From NCBI GenBank assembly GCA_039801565.1, contig JBDRUX010000004.1, positions 1-50,158 on the forward strand: a stretch of DNA of 50,158 nt, given 5' to 3'. Both the position numbers and the translations under genes were made by a program. Position 1 is the stretch's first letter, and every line of letters begins with the position of its first letter. A model generated the notes under the pieces. That model ran no database searches. It was not told the DNA's origin and saw nothing but the letters and a program-made list of their open reading frames with translations. Source of the stretch: a candidate division WOR-3 bacterium. GTDB taxonomy: Bacteria; Hydrothermota; Tepidihabitantia; Tepidihabitantales; JAOUPE01. Of the stretch, positions 9,195-18,226 are shown in pieces.

Positions 9195-10898
9195 TCAGCG
9201 CGCAAAAGTCAGTCTACCCGAAACCGAACCCGAATTTATTAGCACCTTGTAAAAATAGACGCCTGAATTCACTAAGGCACCATCGTCATTCCGACCGTCC
9301 CAGGTTAGATTAGTAGTACCGCGAAGCTGACGCACCAGTTTACCAGCGACATCATAAATCAAGACCTTAATCGGCTCTGAATTGGTAACCGTAAATTTCA
9401 CACGATTGTGGAATGGATTCGGTGCCACGGTAACCGATGGATTGGACAATTTCTCTCGTTTCGCTTCGGCAATACCTGGGAAAGAAGGCACCACGACATA
9501 GTCGAAATAAAGATTACCACTGGTGGGATAAGTTTCAGCATTATGATATATCATTCCCACTATTGTCGAATCACCACCTGCAATCACTGGTGCATTATGA
9601 GCGAACTCGAGATGATTTTCGGAAAGAGTGGCGGCATTGAAGGTAATCATCCCATAATCATACCATGTAGTGTCGCCTGCATAACGAATGAACATCCCAC
9701 AATCTTGCCCAGTATCAGCAGGTTGTTCAAAGATTGCCTGGTAGCCGATAAAGATATTACCATAATCATCAGCGGCAACCGTTGGAAAACGGGCATAGGT
9801 TTGCGGTGCGGTTGAATCCCCACCAACCAGCTTTGTGCCCCTAAAAACCCAACTGCCAGGACTGCCAGCGACCGGACGATATGCCCAAATCTCACCGTAA
9901 TCGTAATTACCTGTACCGAATTTTATTGCCACTACTGGTGTATCCCGTACCACTTCACAATCATACATATACCACCAACCAGTAACCGCTGACATATCCG
10001 GGTAAGGCGGTTCTGAGCCCCATAAAAGTTGTGGTTCGGTCCAAGTTAAACCATAGTCAAACGATTCACAATAATAAGGCCAATAAAGGTCCGGGTTAGT
10101 CTCTAATGCTCGGTTCCATAAAAAGAAAATATAACCATCGGAACCAAAACGGAAATGCGGTCCTGCCATCCAATCCAACGGACCTGGGAAAAATACCCGT
10201 CCATTATCCCAAGTCTCACCATAATCAGTTGACCGCCAGATATAACAATCATAAGTGGTGAGATATGTTCCATTATTAGATGCCGTGTATATGACAAAAC
10301 TATCCTTCACTGCAATACAAGGCAACCAGACATCCCAATCTTCACTATTGGGCAATTCGAATGCAGCAGTGATGAGACCATCTGGATACGACACCTCTTT
10401 GGCGTAAAAGGTTGGACTGGCGACATAACTACCGCTAACCCGTGGTGCTTGGTGCCAAGCAAAATGGACTCTTAAATCATTTGGGTCGGGCCAGTTCGGT
10501 TCAGCATCAACCCCTGGATAGATTCTCCTGGCATTAAAGGTCGAAAGTGGTCCATATTGAATCCAGTTCTGACCGCGGTCAGTAGAATAAGAAACATAAG
10601 TCTGCGCTATGTTATCCGGGTCGCCCGAAAATAGACCATAAATCACTGCTATGTTCTGGCCATCTTCAGCAAAAACAATATTCTTACCTGGTGAACCAGC
10701 AATCACCCGTAAATCTGGAATTGAAGCAATAATTACTGGGACATCGGTCCCTTTTGGTGTCGGTGGCGGAGGTAAAGGTTTTAAGCCAGGTGTATATTCA
10801 CCTTTTATTGGAACCGCGCTAACCTTTGGTGCCCGAACCCAATTAGCACCAAAGACCGCGATTACTACTATAATTACTCCTGCTACTACCCTTTTCAT
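9195..10898 (-). CDS. Secreted Asp-box (BNR/sialidase-like) protein with T9SS type A / FlgD-Ig C-terminal domain
   Basis: Asp boxes YSTDRGQNW, RSTDYGETW and ESFDYGLTW. C-terminus VAPNPF..IYDVAGKLVR..WDGRNDDGALVNSGVYF. Signal peptide. Confidence 0.85.
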   Translation of the reverse strand: MKRVVAGVIIVVIAVFGANWVRAPKVSAVPIKGEYTPGLKPLPPPPTPKGTDVPVIIASIPDLRVIAGSPGKNIVFAEDGQNIAVIYGLFSGDPDNIAQTYVSYSTDRGQNWIQYGPLSTFNARRIYPGVDAEPNWPDPNDLRVHFAWHQAPRVSGSYVASPTFYAKEVSYPDGLITAAFELPNSEDWDVWLPCIAVKDSFVIYTASNNGTYLTTYDCYIWRSTDYGETWDNGRVFFPGPLDWMAGPHFRFGSDGYIFFLWNRALETNPDLYWPYYCESFDYGLTWTEPQLLWGSEPPYPDMSAVTGWWYMYDCEVVRDTPVVAIKFGTGNYDYGEIWAYRPVAGSPGSWVFRGTKLVGGDSTAPQTYARFPTVAADDYGNIFIGYQAIFEQPADTGQDCGMFIRYAGDTTWYDYGMITFNAATLSENHLEFAHNAPVIAGGDSTIVGMIYHNAETYPTSGNLYFDYVVVPSFPGIAEAKREKLSNPSVTVAPNPFHNRVKFTVTNSEPIKVLIYDVAGKLVRQLRGTTNLTWDGRNDDGALVNSGVYFYKVLINSGSVSGRLTFAR

Positions 10899-11049
10899 CC
10901 CAACTCCTTTCTTTATATTTTATCACAATCTGACCTTTCGAATGAGCCCCTCGGGCTAAAATATTTTATTCGTCTCTCACCTCCTTTCTTAAGCTATTTA
11001 ATGCCATGAATTTTAAACTGACTGTAAGTTTTCCATTCCAAGCAAGAGT

Positions 11050-11682
11050 TCATCTGCCGGTTAGGGTAAATCGAAACGGGATTGAAACCCAAACCCGCAC
11101 GAACATATCGCGTTGCTTAGCTGGTGTGAAGCGGGCTTGACTTGCTGCTCTTAATGCCGCTTCGTCTAATGCTGGATTAGCTGATTTCAAAATCCGGGCA
11201 TCAATTATCTTACCATCAACATCCACCAAAGCCTCAACCACTACCGTCCCTTCGATACCAGCCAGCCGGGCTGCTTCAGGATAAGTTGGCTGGGGGATAT
11301 ATTCAGGTTTTGGTTTCACTTCGACTTTCCAGAACGGCACAACTGGTACTTCGGTTAGTTCCGGCTTTTTAATTATCTCAGTAAATTCGGTTGGCGCAAT
11401 TGTTGTCGCTTCAGCTTCTTCCGGCACAGTAGCCGCAACCGGTAATTGCGGTCGAGCAACCGGTGGAGGTTCGGCTAATTTTTCCAATTCGGGGGGCAAC
11501 TCCTCCATTATCGTGGTAATCTCTTTGCGCAGAGTATAGGGTGTTACTTCAAATTCTTTTGGCGAAATGATAAAAACGGCTAAAACAAAAGCCAAGGCAG
11601 CAATCATCCCCAAACGAAATGACCGAGCATAATATAAATCCTCATCCCATTCCAATTTCGAAATTGGGCTAATTCCTGCCAT
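11050..11682 (-). CDS. tonB: Energy transducer TonB
   Basis: N-terminal TM helix, Pro-rich linker, and TonB C-domain YPEAARLAGIEGTVVV..LDEAAL..FTPA. Confidence 0.92.
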   Translation of the reverse strand: MAGISPISKLEWDEDLYYARSFRLGMIAALAFVLAVFIISPKEFEVTPYTLRKEITTIMEELPPELEKLAEPPPVARPQLPVAATVPEEAEATTIAPTEFTEIIKKPELTEVPVVPFWKVEVKPKPEYIPQPTYPEAARLAGIEGTVVVEALVDVDGKIIDARILKSANPALDEAALRAASQARFTPAKQRDMFVRVWVSIPFRFTLTGR

Positions 11683-12102
11683 TTAGCCCCCTCTCCGTTC
11701 AAACTCAGTGGCAAAAGTAACTTTTAAGACCCCGGCATCTTTGAGTGCTTCAAGAATATCGTTCACTTTTCCATATTCGCTATCTTTATCAGCTCGGACT
11801 TCGGCAATTAAATCCGGATTGTCGGCAAATTTTCCTGCCATTACTGCGGTTACACCTTTTATATCTAAGAGGTTGTCATTAATCGAGATGCGTCCGGCAC
11901 GGTCTAACCAAACATGAGCAACATTGCGCCGCTTCAAAATTCTCTCGGTTGATTCTGCTCCCGGCAGATTGATTTTCAGTCCACGTTCGGTTCGAAAGAC
12001 AGTTGTCAGCATAAAGAAGATAATTAAAAGAAAGGCAATATCAGCAGTAGAAGCGGTCGGAATTTCTGGCTCGGTTGGGCGCTTCAGACTAATTTTTTTC
12101 AT
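11683..12102 (-). CDS. exbD: ExbD/TolR biopolymer transport protein
   Basis: IPTASTADIAFLLIIFFM TM motif; periplasmic VRADKD motif. Confidence 0.92.
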   Translation of the reverse strand: MKKISLKRPTEPEIPTASTADIAFLLIIFFMLTTVFRTERGLKINLPGAESTERILKRRNVAHVWLDRAGRISINDNLLDIKGVTAVMAGKFADNPDLIAEVRADKDSEYGKVNDILEALKDAGVLKVTFATEFERRGG

Positions 12103-12512
12103 TGTGCACCCTCTTCCTTCACTGGTATCAGACTAATTCGCTCGGCTTTTGCCAATTTCAATTCATCAAAAACATCGATCATCGTCTTGTAGGGTGCCGA
12201 CCGTGACACCCTCAACGCTACAACCAACTCCTTATTCTCTGCCAACGCTTCCGCTACCTTTGATCTAACCTCAGGAATAGTGATTATCTTGTCACCGATT
12301 AGCACTTCGCCTTGCGGGTTAACTTGAACCGTTAGAATATTTTCGCTTTTAATCTTTACCTCTTGTCCTTTTTCCGGTAGAACTATTTTTAATCCTTTCT
12401 CCCGACTAAAGATACTAGTTGTCATAAAGAAGATGATGATGAGAAAAGCGATGTCGCCCATTGAGGCAGTTGGGATAGCTGGTTTTCTTTTAATCTTTTC
12501 TTTAAACTCCAT
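12099..12512 (-). CDS. exbD: ExbD/TolR biopolymer transport protein (second copy)
   Basis: IPTASMGDIAFLIIIFFM TM motif. Confidence 0.9.
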   Translation of the reverse strand: MEFKEKIKRKPAIPTASMGDIAFLIIIFFMTTSIFSREKGLKIVLPEKGQEVKIKSENILTVQVNPQGEVLIGDKIITIPEVRSKVAEALAENKELVVALRVSRSAPYKTMIDVFDELKLAKAERISLIPVKEEGAQ

Positions 12513-12531
12513 TTCCCAACCTTTCGGTCAA

Positions 12532-13158
12532 TCAACACTTTCCGCCGCGTTTTGCTTCAAGATAATCTAAAAGTTGGGTTGCCGCGGTTTCCATATCTCG
12601 GGTATAGCCATTGATTCGACCCGAGAATATAATATGAATAATTGCCAGTGGTGCCGCAATAATTAAACCCCACTTCGTCGTAATCAACGCTTCCGAAATT
12701 CCTGAGGCGACTACAGTCGGTTCAACCTCACCAACTGCTGCTACTGCCGCAAAAGCGCTAATCATTCCGTTGACGGTCCCTAAAAATCCAATAAAAGGTG
12801 CTACGGTTGTTAAACCAGCCATAAGCGCCATACCCCGGTCCAAGAAACCTAATTCTTGAGTGCCAGCACGCACCAAAGCATCCTCCATTGCGGTGCGTGG
12901 TTTATTTTCTTTCTCCATCTCAAGAATTGGTTTTAACACTCGAGCTACTGGGCTGGGAGTTTTGGCACATAAGTTAATCCCAGCCTGGATACCATCTTTA
13001 TCAATTGTTCGAATTAACCTGCCAACAAAAGTTTTGGCATTTAACCGCATCTTGATAAAGATGGTGTAGAGTCGCTCAAAGAAGATTGCTAAACCTAAAA
13101 TCGCGCAGGCTAGCAAGAACCACATAAAAGTGCCGCCAGCATTAAATTCGCGTATCAT
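12532..13158 (-). CDS. exbB: MotA/TolQ/ExbB proton channel protein
   Basis: APFIGFLGTVNGMI..F and GISEALITT..GLIIA motifs. Confidence 0.92.
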   Translation of the reverse strand: MIREFNAGGTFMWFLLACAILGLAIFFERLYTIFIKMRLNAKTFVGRLIRTIDKDGIQAGINLCAKTPSPVARVLKPILEMEKENKPRTAMEDALVRAGTQELGFLDRGMALMAGLTTVAPFIGFLGTVNGMISAFAAVAAVGEVEPTVVASGISEALITTKWGLIIAAPLAIIHIIFSGRINGYTRDMETAATQLLDYLEAKRGGKC

Positions 13159-13274
13159 CTATCCTCCTTAAACATTTTTTTACTATACACAATTCGGCTG
13201 AAGCTGTCAATATGCTTCAGACCTTTTGGGTTATTATCCACTAAATAAAGGTCAAGTCAAGTCTTTTTTTAGTC

Positions 13275-13302
13275 TTGACAAGTGTAAAACTATCATTAGG
13301 AT
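13275..13302 (+). promoter_or_regulatory. Putative sigma70 promoter of the AsnC-like gene
   Basis: TTGACA-16 bp-TAGGAT in the divergent intergenic region. Confidence 0.55.
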
Positions 13303-13320
13303 TATGCCGGTTATTGAACG

Positions 13321-14265
13321 ATGAAGATTGACCAAACTGATTTAGTAATCATCCACGCGCTGGAGAATGGCGCAAGACCATTTTTGGAATCAATTGCCAC
13401 TGAGTTAAAAATCGAAAAGACTGAAATTATGGCCCGGCTATCAAGAATGGAAGCTGAAAAATTAATCCGAAGTTACCAGTTAATAATTCGTCTTCCGGTT
13501 CTTTTGGGTGGTGATTGGGCTTACGGTTGTTTGTTGGGCATTACCGCTGACCCAACCAAGACCCTGGCTCGTATTGTTGAAAAACTACCTTATGTGACCG
13601 AAGTCTTTTATAATTTGCCAATTTTTTATCCGGTTGGTCCTAATCTTAATATCCTCTTCTACACCCAGAATTTCTCCGCAACGGTTGAATTTTGCCAAGC
13701 GAATTTTAATAATCAGGTGGGAGGTGATGGCTCTGGGTTTGAGTATTTTGAGATTTATAAACTGAGCGATTACACTTTACCATTCCCGGCGCCACTTGCC
13801 GAAGCTGAACAAAATCTTTTGCGCGCAATCTATAAGAACCCAATCGCTTCGGTTGAAGAATTAGCCGAGACTGTTCGCCAGGATGAAGGCTGGGTTGAAG
13901 TAAAGATGAATCAGTTGGTTGCCAATTGTTGTCGAGAGAAAGAGCAAATAGTCGGTATTGCCCAAGTATTGCCGGAGTTGAACTGGCGGGTCTGCGAAAA
14001 TTATTGCCATATCCATTTTTTGGTTGAAGATGACAGCAAACTCGAAATTCGGAGTTCGGAGTTCGAAATGCGAAATTTGCTAAGCCATCCGTTCCAAGGC
14101 AGGTTCTGGCAATTGGAAACCGATGTCTGGGGTTGGGACGATTTTAGAGAAAAAGTGAGACGATTGCTGGATGCGAAAGCAAAAATTAAGGGACTGATTT
14201 TAGCCGAAGCAACCCAGGTGATAAATCATTGGGTCGCGAAACAGCTTTTCTCCAGGGAACCTTGA
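13321..14265 (+). CDS. Lrp/AsnC-like winged-helix regulator with two HTH modules
   Basis: MKIDQTDLVIIHALENGARPFLESIATEL..RLSRMEAEKLIR. Second HTH-like segment EQNLLRAIYKNPIASVEELAE. Confidence 0.65.
   Translation: MKIDQTDLVIIHALENGARPFLESIATELKIEKTEIMARLSRMEAEKLIRSYQLIIRLPVLLGGDWAYGCLLGITADPTKTLARIVEKLPYVTEVFYNLPIFYPVGPNLNILFYTQNFSATVEFCQANFNNQVGGDGSGFEYFEIYKLSDYTLPFPAPLAEAEQNLLRAIYKNPIASVEELAETVRQDEGWVEVKMNQLVANCCREKEQIVGIAQVLPELNWRVCENYCHIHFLVEDDSKLEIRSSEFEMRNLLSHPFQGRFWQLETDVWGWDDFREKVRRLLDAKAKIKGLILAEATQVINHWVAKQLFSREP
14038..14079. repeat. In-frame heptamer repeat (6 units, 42 bp) inside the AsnC-like CDS
   Basis: aaactcg aaattcg gagttcg gagttcg aaatgcg aaatttg. Confidence 0.75.
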
Positions 14266-14327
14266 GGATAACGAAAACTTTACAAGACAAATGGTTAAAG
14301 TTGTTCAACATTGTTCAAGAGTGAAAG

Positions 14328-14876
14328 GTGATTAGGTCATTCCTTGCTGTGGAAATTCCTAATGCGGTTCGAGACGAAGTAGCAAAGATTATCAATAACT
14401 TCAGCCAAGCCAATTATCCAATACGGTGGGTTAATAAGGAAAATCTCCATATCACTTTAATCTTTTTAGGCGAAATCCGAGAAGATTTTTTAGACAAGGT
14501 CAACAGGGCATTAGGAGAAGCGACCAAGAATTGCCGACCTTTTGAGATGAATTTGAACGGTGTCGGTGCTTTTCCTTCGCAAAGAACACCAAGGATAATT
14601 TGGATTGGGGTGAAACAGGGGCAGAATGAAATCATTGAACTACAAGCCAATATTGAAAAATCCTTAGTAAAGATTGGTTATAAGCCTGAGGCGAAAAAAT
14701 TTCATCCCCATCTCACAATTGGACGGGTAAAAGGATTTTTAAAAGATGCGATCCAAATTTTCGAAACTAATTATTCAAGCCCTCCATTCTTAATAAAATC
14801 AATTGTCCTTTTCCAAAGTATCCTACGCCCCGAAGGGCCTCTTTATGAAAAATTGAAAGAATTCAATTTCGGATAA
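14328..14876 (+). CDS. thpR: RNA 2',3'-cyclic phosphodiesterase (2H phosphoesterase)
   Basis: Two HxT motifs (LHITL, PHLTIGR) and the PRIIWIG motif. Confidence 0.9.
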   Translation: MIRSFLAVEIPNAVRDEVAKIINNFSQANYPIRWVNKENLHITLIFLGEIREDFLDKVNRALGEATKNCRPFEMNLNGVGAFPSQRTPRIIWIGVKQGQNEIIELQANIEKSLVKIGYKPEAKKFHPHLTIGRVKGFLKDAIQIFETNYSSPPFLIKSIVLFQSILRPEGPLYEKLKEFNFG

Positions 14877-14904
14877 TCAACCCAAAATTGCCTTGGGTGA
14901 TTAC

Positions 14905-14932
14905 TTGACTTTTAATTGAGCAGGCTTAAGAT
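14905..14932 (+). promoter_or_regulatory. Putative sigma70 promoter, leaderless geometry
   Basis: TTGACT-16-TAAGAT-6 nt-ATG(14939); no SD. Confidence 0.6.
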
Positions 14933-14938
14933 AAACTG

Positions 14939-16225
14939 ATGAACCTCTTTACTGATAAGAACCAATTTTCCAAGCCTTTGGCTGACCGGATGCGACCGAA
15001 GAGTTTAGACGAGATTTTGGGACAGGACCACCTTTTAGCTAAAGGCAAGCCGTTACGAACCCTGTTAGAAAAAGGCGAACTCTATTCAATGATTTTTTGG
15101 GGACCACCAGGTTCGGGCAAAACCACTTTGGCGCTGCTTTGTGCTCAATCTTCCAATGCCCATTTCGTTGCCTTCAGTGCAGTAACTTCGGGTGTGGCTG
15201 AGATTCGTAATGTTATTAAGCAAGCTGAATACCAACAGAGATTTCACAACAAACGGACAATTCTTTTTGTTGACGAGATTCATCGGTTCAATAAAGCCCA
15301 GCAAGATGCCTTTTTGCCTTATGTAGAATCCGGCAAAATTATATTGATTGGAGCAACAACCGAGAACCCATCTTTTGAAGTGATTGGTCCTTTACTCTCG
15401 CGCACCAAGGTTTATGTCTTAAAGCCCCTTACTAAAAATGACTTAAAGAAAATTATGAAGCGGGCGCTTACAGCCGAAGATGGTCTAAAGCCTTTTAATC
15501 CGGTAATTAGTGAAAAAGCCTTAGAATATATTGCGACCATTTCGGATGGCGATGCCCGACGCGCCTTAAATACCTTAGAGTTGGCTGTAATGGCAACTGA
15601 CCCGAATTCAAAAAATCAACGCCAGATAACATTAGCGATTGTTGAAGATGTGGTGCAAAGAAAATTTCTCCTCTACGACAAAAGTGGTGAGGAGCATTAT
15701 AATTTAATCTCGGCATTACACAAATGTTTGCGCGACTCTGACCCGGATGCGGCGTTATATTGGTTAGCCCGGATGTTGGAAGCCGGTGAAGACCCACTTT
15801 ATATTGCCCGGCGGTTAGTTCGCTTTGCCTCTGAAGATATCGGCAATGCCGACCCCCAAGCATTAGTTGTTGCCAATGCAGCAAAGGAAGCAGTAGATTT
15901 TATCGGAATGCCAGAAGGTAATACCGCATTAGCCCAGGCTTGTATTTATTTAGCCTTAGCCCCAAAATCGAATGCGGTATATAAGGCATACGAATCAGCC
16001 AAAAAAGATGCATTAGAAACAATGGCTGAACCGGTCCCTTTGCATCTAAGAAATCCGGTTACACCTTTGATGAAGCAATTAGGTTATGGCAAAGGGTATA
16101 AATACGCCCATAACTATCCTGGGGCTAAGGTGAACCAAGAACACTTTCCCAAATCCTTAAAAGGACGCAAATACTATTTTCCCACCAACCGGGGTTGGGA
16201 AGCGAAATTAAAAAACGAAGAGTAG
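14939..16225 (+). CDS. rarA: Replication-associated recombination protein A (MgsA/RarA AAA+ ATPase)
   Basis: PLADRMRP, GPPGSGKTT, FVDEIHRFNKAQQD, GATTENP and ASEDIGNADP motifs. Confidence 0.96.
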   Translation: MNLFTDKNQFSKPLADRMRPKSLDEILGQDHLLAKGKPLRTLLEKGELYSMIFWGPPGSGKTTLALLCAQSSNAHFVAFSAVTSGVAEIRNVIKQAEYQQRFHNKRTILFVDEIHRFNKAQQDAFLPYVESGKIILIGATTENPSFEVIGPLLSRTKVYVLKPLTKNDLKKIMKRALTAEDGLKPFNPVISEKALEYIATISDGDARRALNTLELAVMATDPNSKNQRQITLAIVEDVVQRKFLLYDKSGEEHYNLISALHKCLRDSDPDAALYWLARMLEAGEDPLYIARRLVRFASEDIGNADPQALVVANAAKEAVDFIGMPEGNTALAQACIYLALAPKSNAVYKAYESAKKDALETMAEPVPLHLRNPVTPLMKQLGYGKGYKYAHNYPGAKVNQEHFPKSLKGRKYYFPTNRGWEAKLKNEE

Positions 16226-16314
16226 TAACCGGTTTTTTTCCGTATATTTATTTTATATTGGTACGATTTCGCGCATTAAAAACCATCGGCTGTTTCACAA
16301 TTTCCTAACCTGCC

Positions 16315-16343
16315 TTGACAAAAATGCTCAATTAAGATATAGT
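16315..16343 (+). promoter_or_regulatory. Putative sigma70 promoter of the ABC operon
   Basis: TTGACA-17-TATAGT. Confidence 0.65.
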
Positions 16344-16380
16344 GCTGAGTAAATTTTTTTAATTCTATAATGAGTGTTTT

Positions 16381-18225
16381 ATGTTTGGTGAAGACCTTTT
16401 TTATTTAGAAGAAGAATCGAAGACCAAAGGTTTAGGTCTTAAACTTTTACCCAGGATTTTGCCTTATTTTCGTAAATATCGGGCAAAAATCATAACCGCT
16501 ACCCTGCTTTTGCTCTTTTCAACCGTTTTATCTTTGTTTGGACCGTTGCTCTTAAAACAAGCAATTGATGTTGATATTGCCAAAGGCAGTATTCCTGGTT
16601 TAATCCGAACTTCGATTATCTATTTGGCACTCCAAGCCGTTATCTTTTTAATCGGTTATTTTCAGCGAATTGAACTTTCTAAAGTTGGTGAAAATGCTGC
16701 CGCCGATTTGAAAGAAAAGCTGTTCCAGCATATTCTCAATCTACCGATGTCGTTTTTTGACCGTAATCCAGTGGGTAGGCTCATCACTCGAGTCGAATCC
16801 GATACCGAAGCTCTAAAACTACTCTTTACTAGCACGGCGGTGGTTTTGGTTCAGGATTTTGCCTTGTTAATTGGTATGTCGGTGGTAATGATATTGGTTA
16901 ACTGGAAACTTTATCTTTTAATTTTCGCCCTGCTACCACCCTTTGTCTATTTCTTCTACTGGTTTCAAAAACGTATCCGACCAATCTATGTTGAAATAAG
17001 AAGAAAGGTAGCCGATATTAATAATTTCATTAACGAGACGATTTGGGGCTTACCAGTTATCCAAGCATTCAATCAAGAAAAGAACTTCAGTGATAAGATG
17101 AACATTCACAATCAAGAGAAATACCAAAAGGAATTTTTGGGAATGAAGTTATGGTATCGGGTCTGGTTTATGGTTGATTTTGGCGAAGTGCTGGGATTTG
17201 TCTTGGTCTTAGGTATTGGTGGTATCTGGGCATTAAAGGGATTAATCACAATTGGCACTTTGATTTTATTTATCAGTTATATTATGCGTTTATTTATGCC
17301 CTTGCGGGGTCTCTCTGACCAACTGAATGTCATCCAACGGGCATTGGCTTCGGGTGAAAGGATGTTTGGAATCTTAGACACCAGATTAGAAGAACCTGGC
17401 GAGATTAAACCAATCTTTAAGACCTTTCAAAAGGAAATTGTATTCTCTTCGGTAAACTTTGCCTACGAACCTCGCCAAGAAACACTGGTTAAAGAAGACC
17501 TTGCTAAATGCCCTGAGCCAAAAGAATGGGTCTTAAAAGATATCAACCTCACAATTCGAAAAGGTGAAAAGGTAGCGTTAGTTGGTGAAACCGGTGCCGG
17601 TAAGACATCAATCATCAATTTACTTTTAAGATTCTATGAGCCACAATTCGGCAAAATTCTTTTAGATGATTACGAGTTGCATAAATTGGATAAACATTTC
17701 TTGCGCCGTTGTATTGGCTTTGTACCCCAGGACATAATACTTTTTCCCGGTTCAATCTTAGATAACCTGAGACTCTTTGATGAAACGATTAGCGAAGACA
17801 CTGTTTACAACGCAGCCAAGCGGGCAAGGATTCATAATCGAATCTTAAACTTGCCCGAAGGTTATAAGACCAATTTGATTCAAAGAGGCATTAATCTTTC
17901 CCAAGGCGAACGCCAACTCCTCTCTTTTGCTCGGGCTTTGGTCGCAAATCCCAAGATTTTAATCTTAGACGAAGCAACCTCCTCGGTTGACCCCCAGACC
18001 GAACATTTACTTCAGGAAGGGCTAACCGAACTTTTAGCCGGTCGGACGGCAATCATCATCGCTCACCGCTTAGCCACAGTCCAAATGGTGGATCGAATCG
18101 TTGTGCTTCATAAAGGTAAAATTGTCGAAGAAGGCACCCACTCGGAACTTTTAAGCCGAGAAGGTTATTATTACCGATTGTATAAACTCCAATACCTTAC
18201 CCCAGTAAGTAGCGAAGTGACTTAG
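16381..18225 (+). CDS. ABC exporter, fused permease/ATPase (MdlB-like half)
   Basis: TMD followed by GETGAGKT, LSQGERQ, ILDEAT and IAHRL. Confidence 0.92.
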   Translation: MFGEDLFYLEEESKTKGLGLKLLPRILPYFRKYRAKIITATLLLLFSTVLSLFGPLLLKQAIDVDIAKGSIPGLIRTSIIYLALQAVIFLIGYFQRIELSKVGENAAADLKEKLFQHILNLPMSFFDRNPVGRLITRVESDTEALKLLFTSTAVVLVQDFALLIGMSVVMILVNWKLYLLIFALLPPFVYFFYWFQKRIRPIYVEIRRKVADINNFINETIWGLPVIQAFNQEKNFSDKMNIHNQEKYQKEFLGMKLWYRVWFMVDFGEVLGFVLVLGIGGIWALKGLITIGTLILFISYIMRLFMPLRGLSDQLNVIQRALASGERMFGILDTRLEEPGEIKPIFKTFQKEIVFSSVNFAYEPRQETLVKEDLAKCPEPKEWVLKDINLTIRKGEKVALVGETGAGKTSIINLLLRFYEPQFGKILLDDYELHKLDKHFLRRCIGFVPQDIILFPGSILDNLRLFDETISEDTVYNAAKRARIHNRILNLPEGYKTNLIQRGINLSQGERQLLSFARALVANPKILILDEATSSVDPQTEHLLQEGLTELLAGRTAIIIAHRLATVQMVDRIVVLHKGKIVEEGTHSELLSREGYYYRLYKLQYLTPVSSEVT

Positions 18226-18226
18226 T

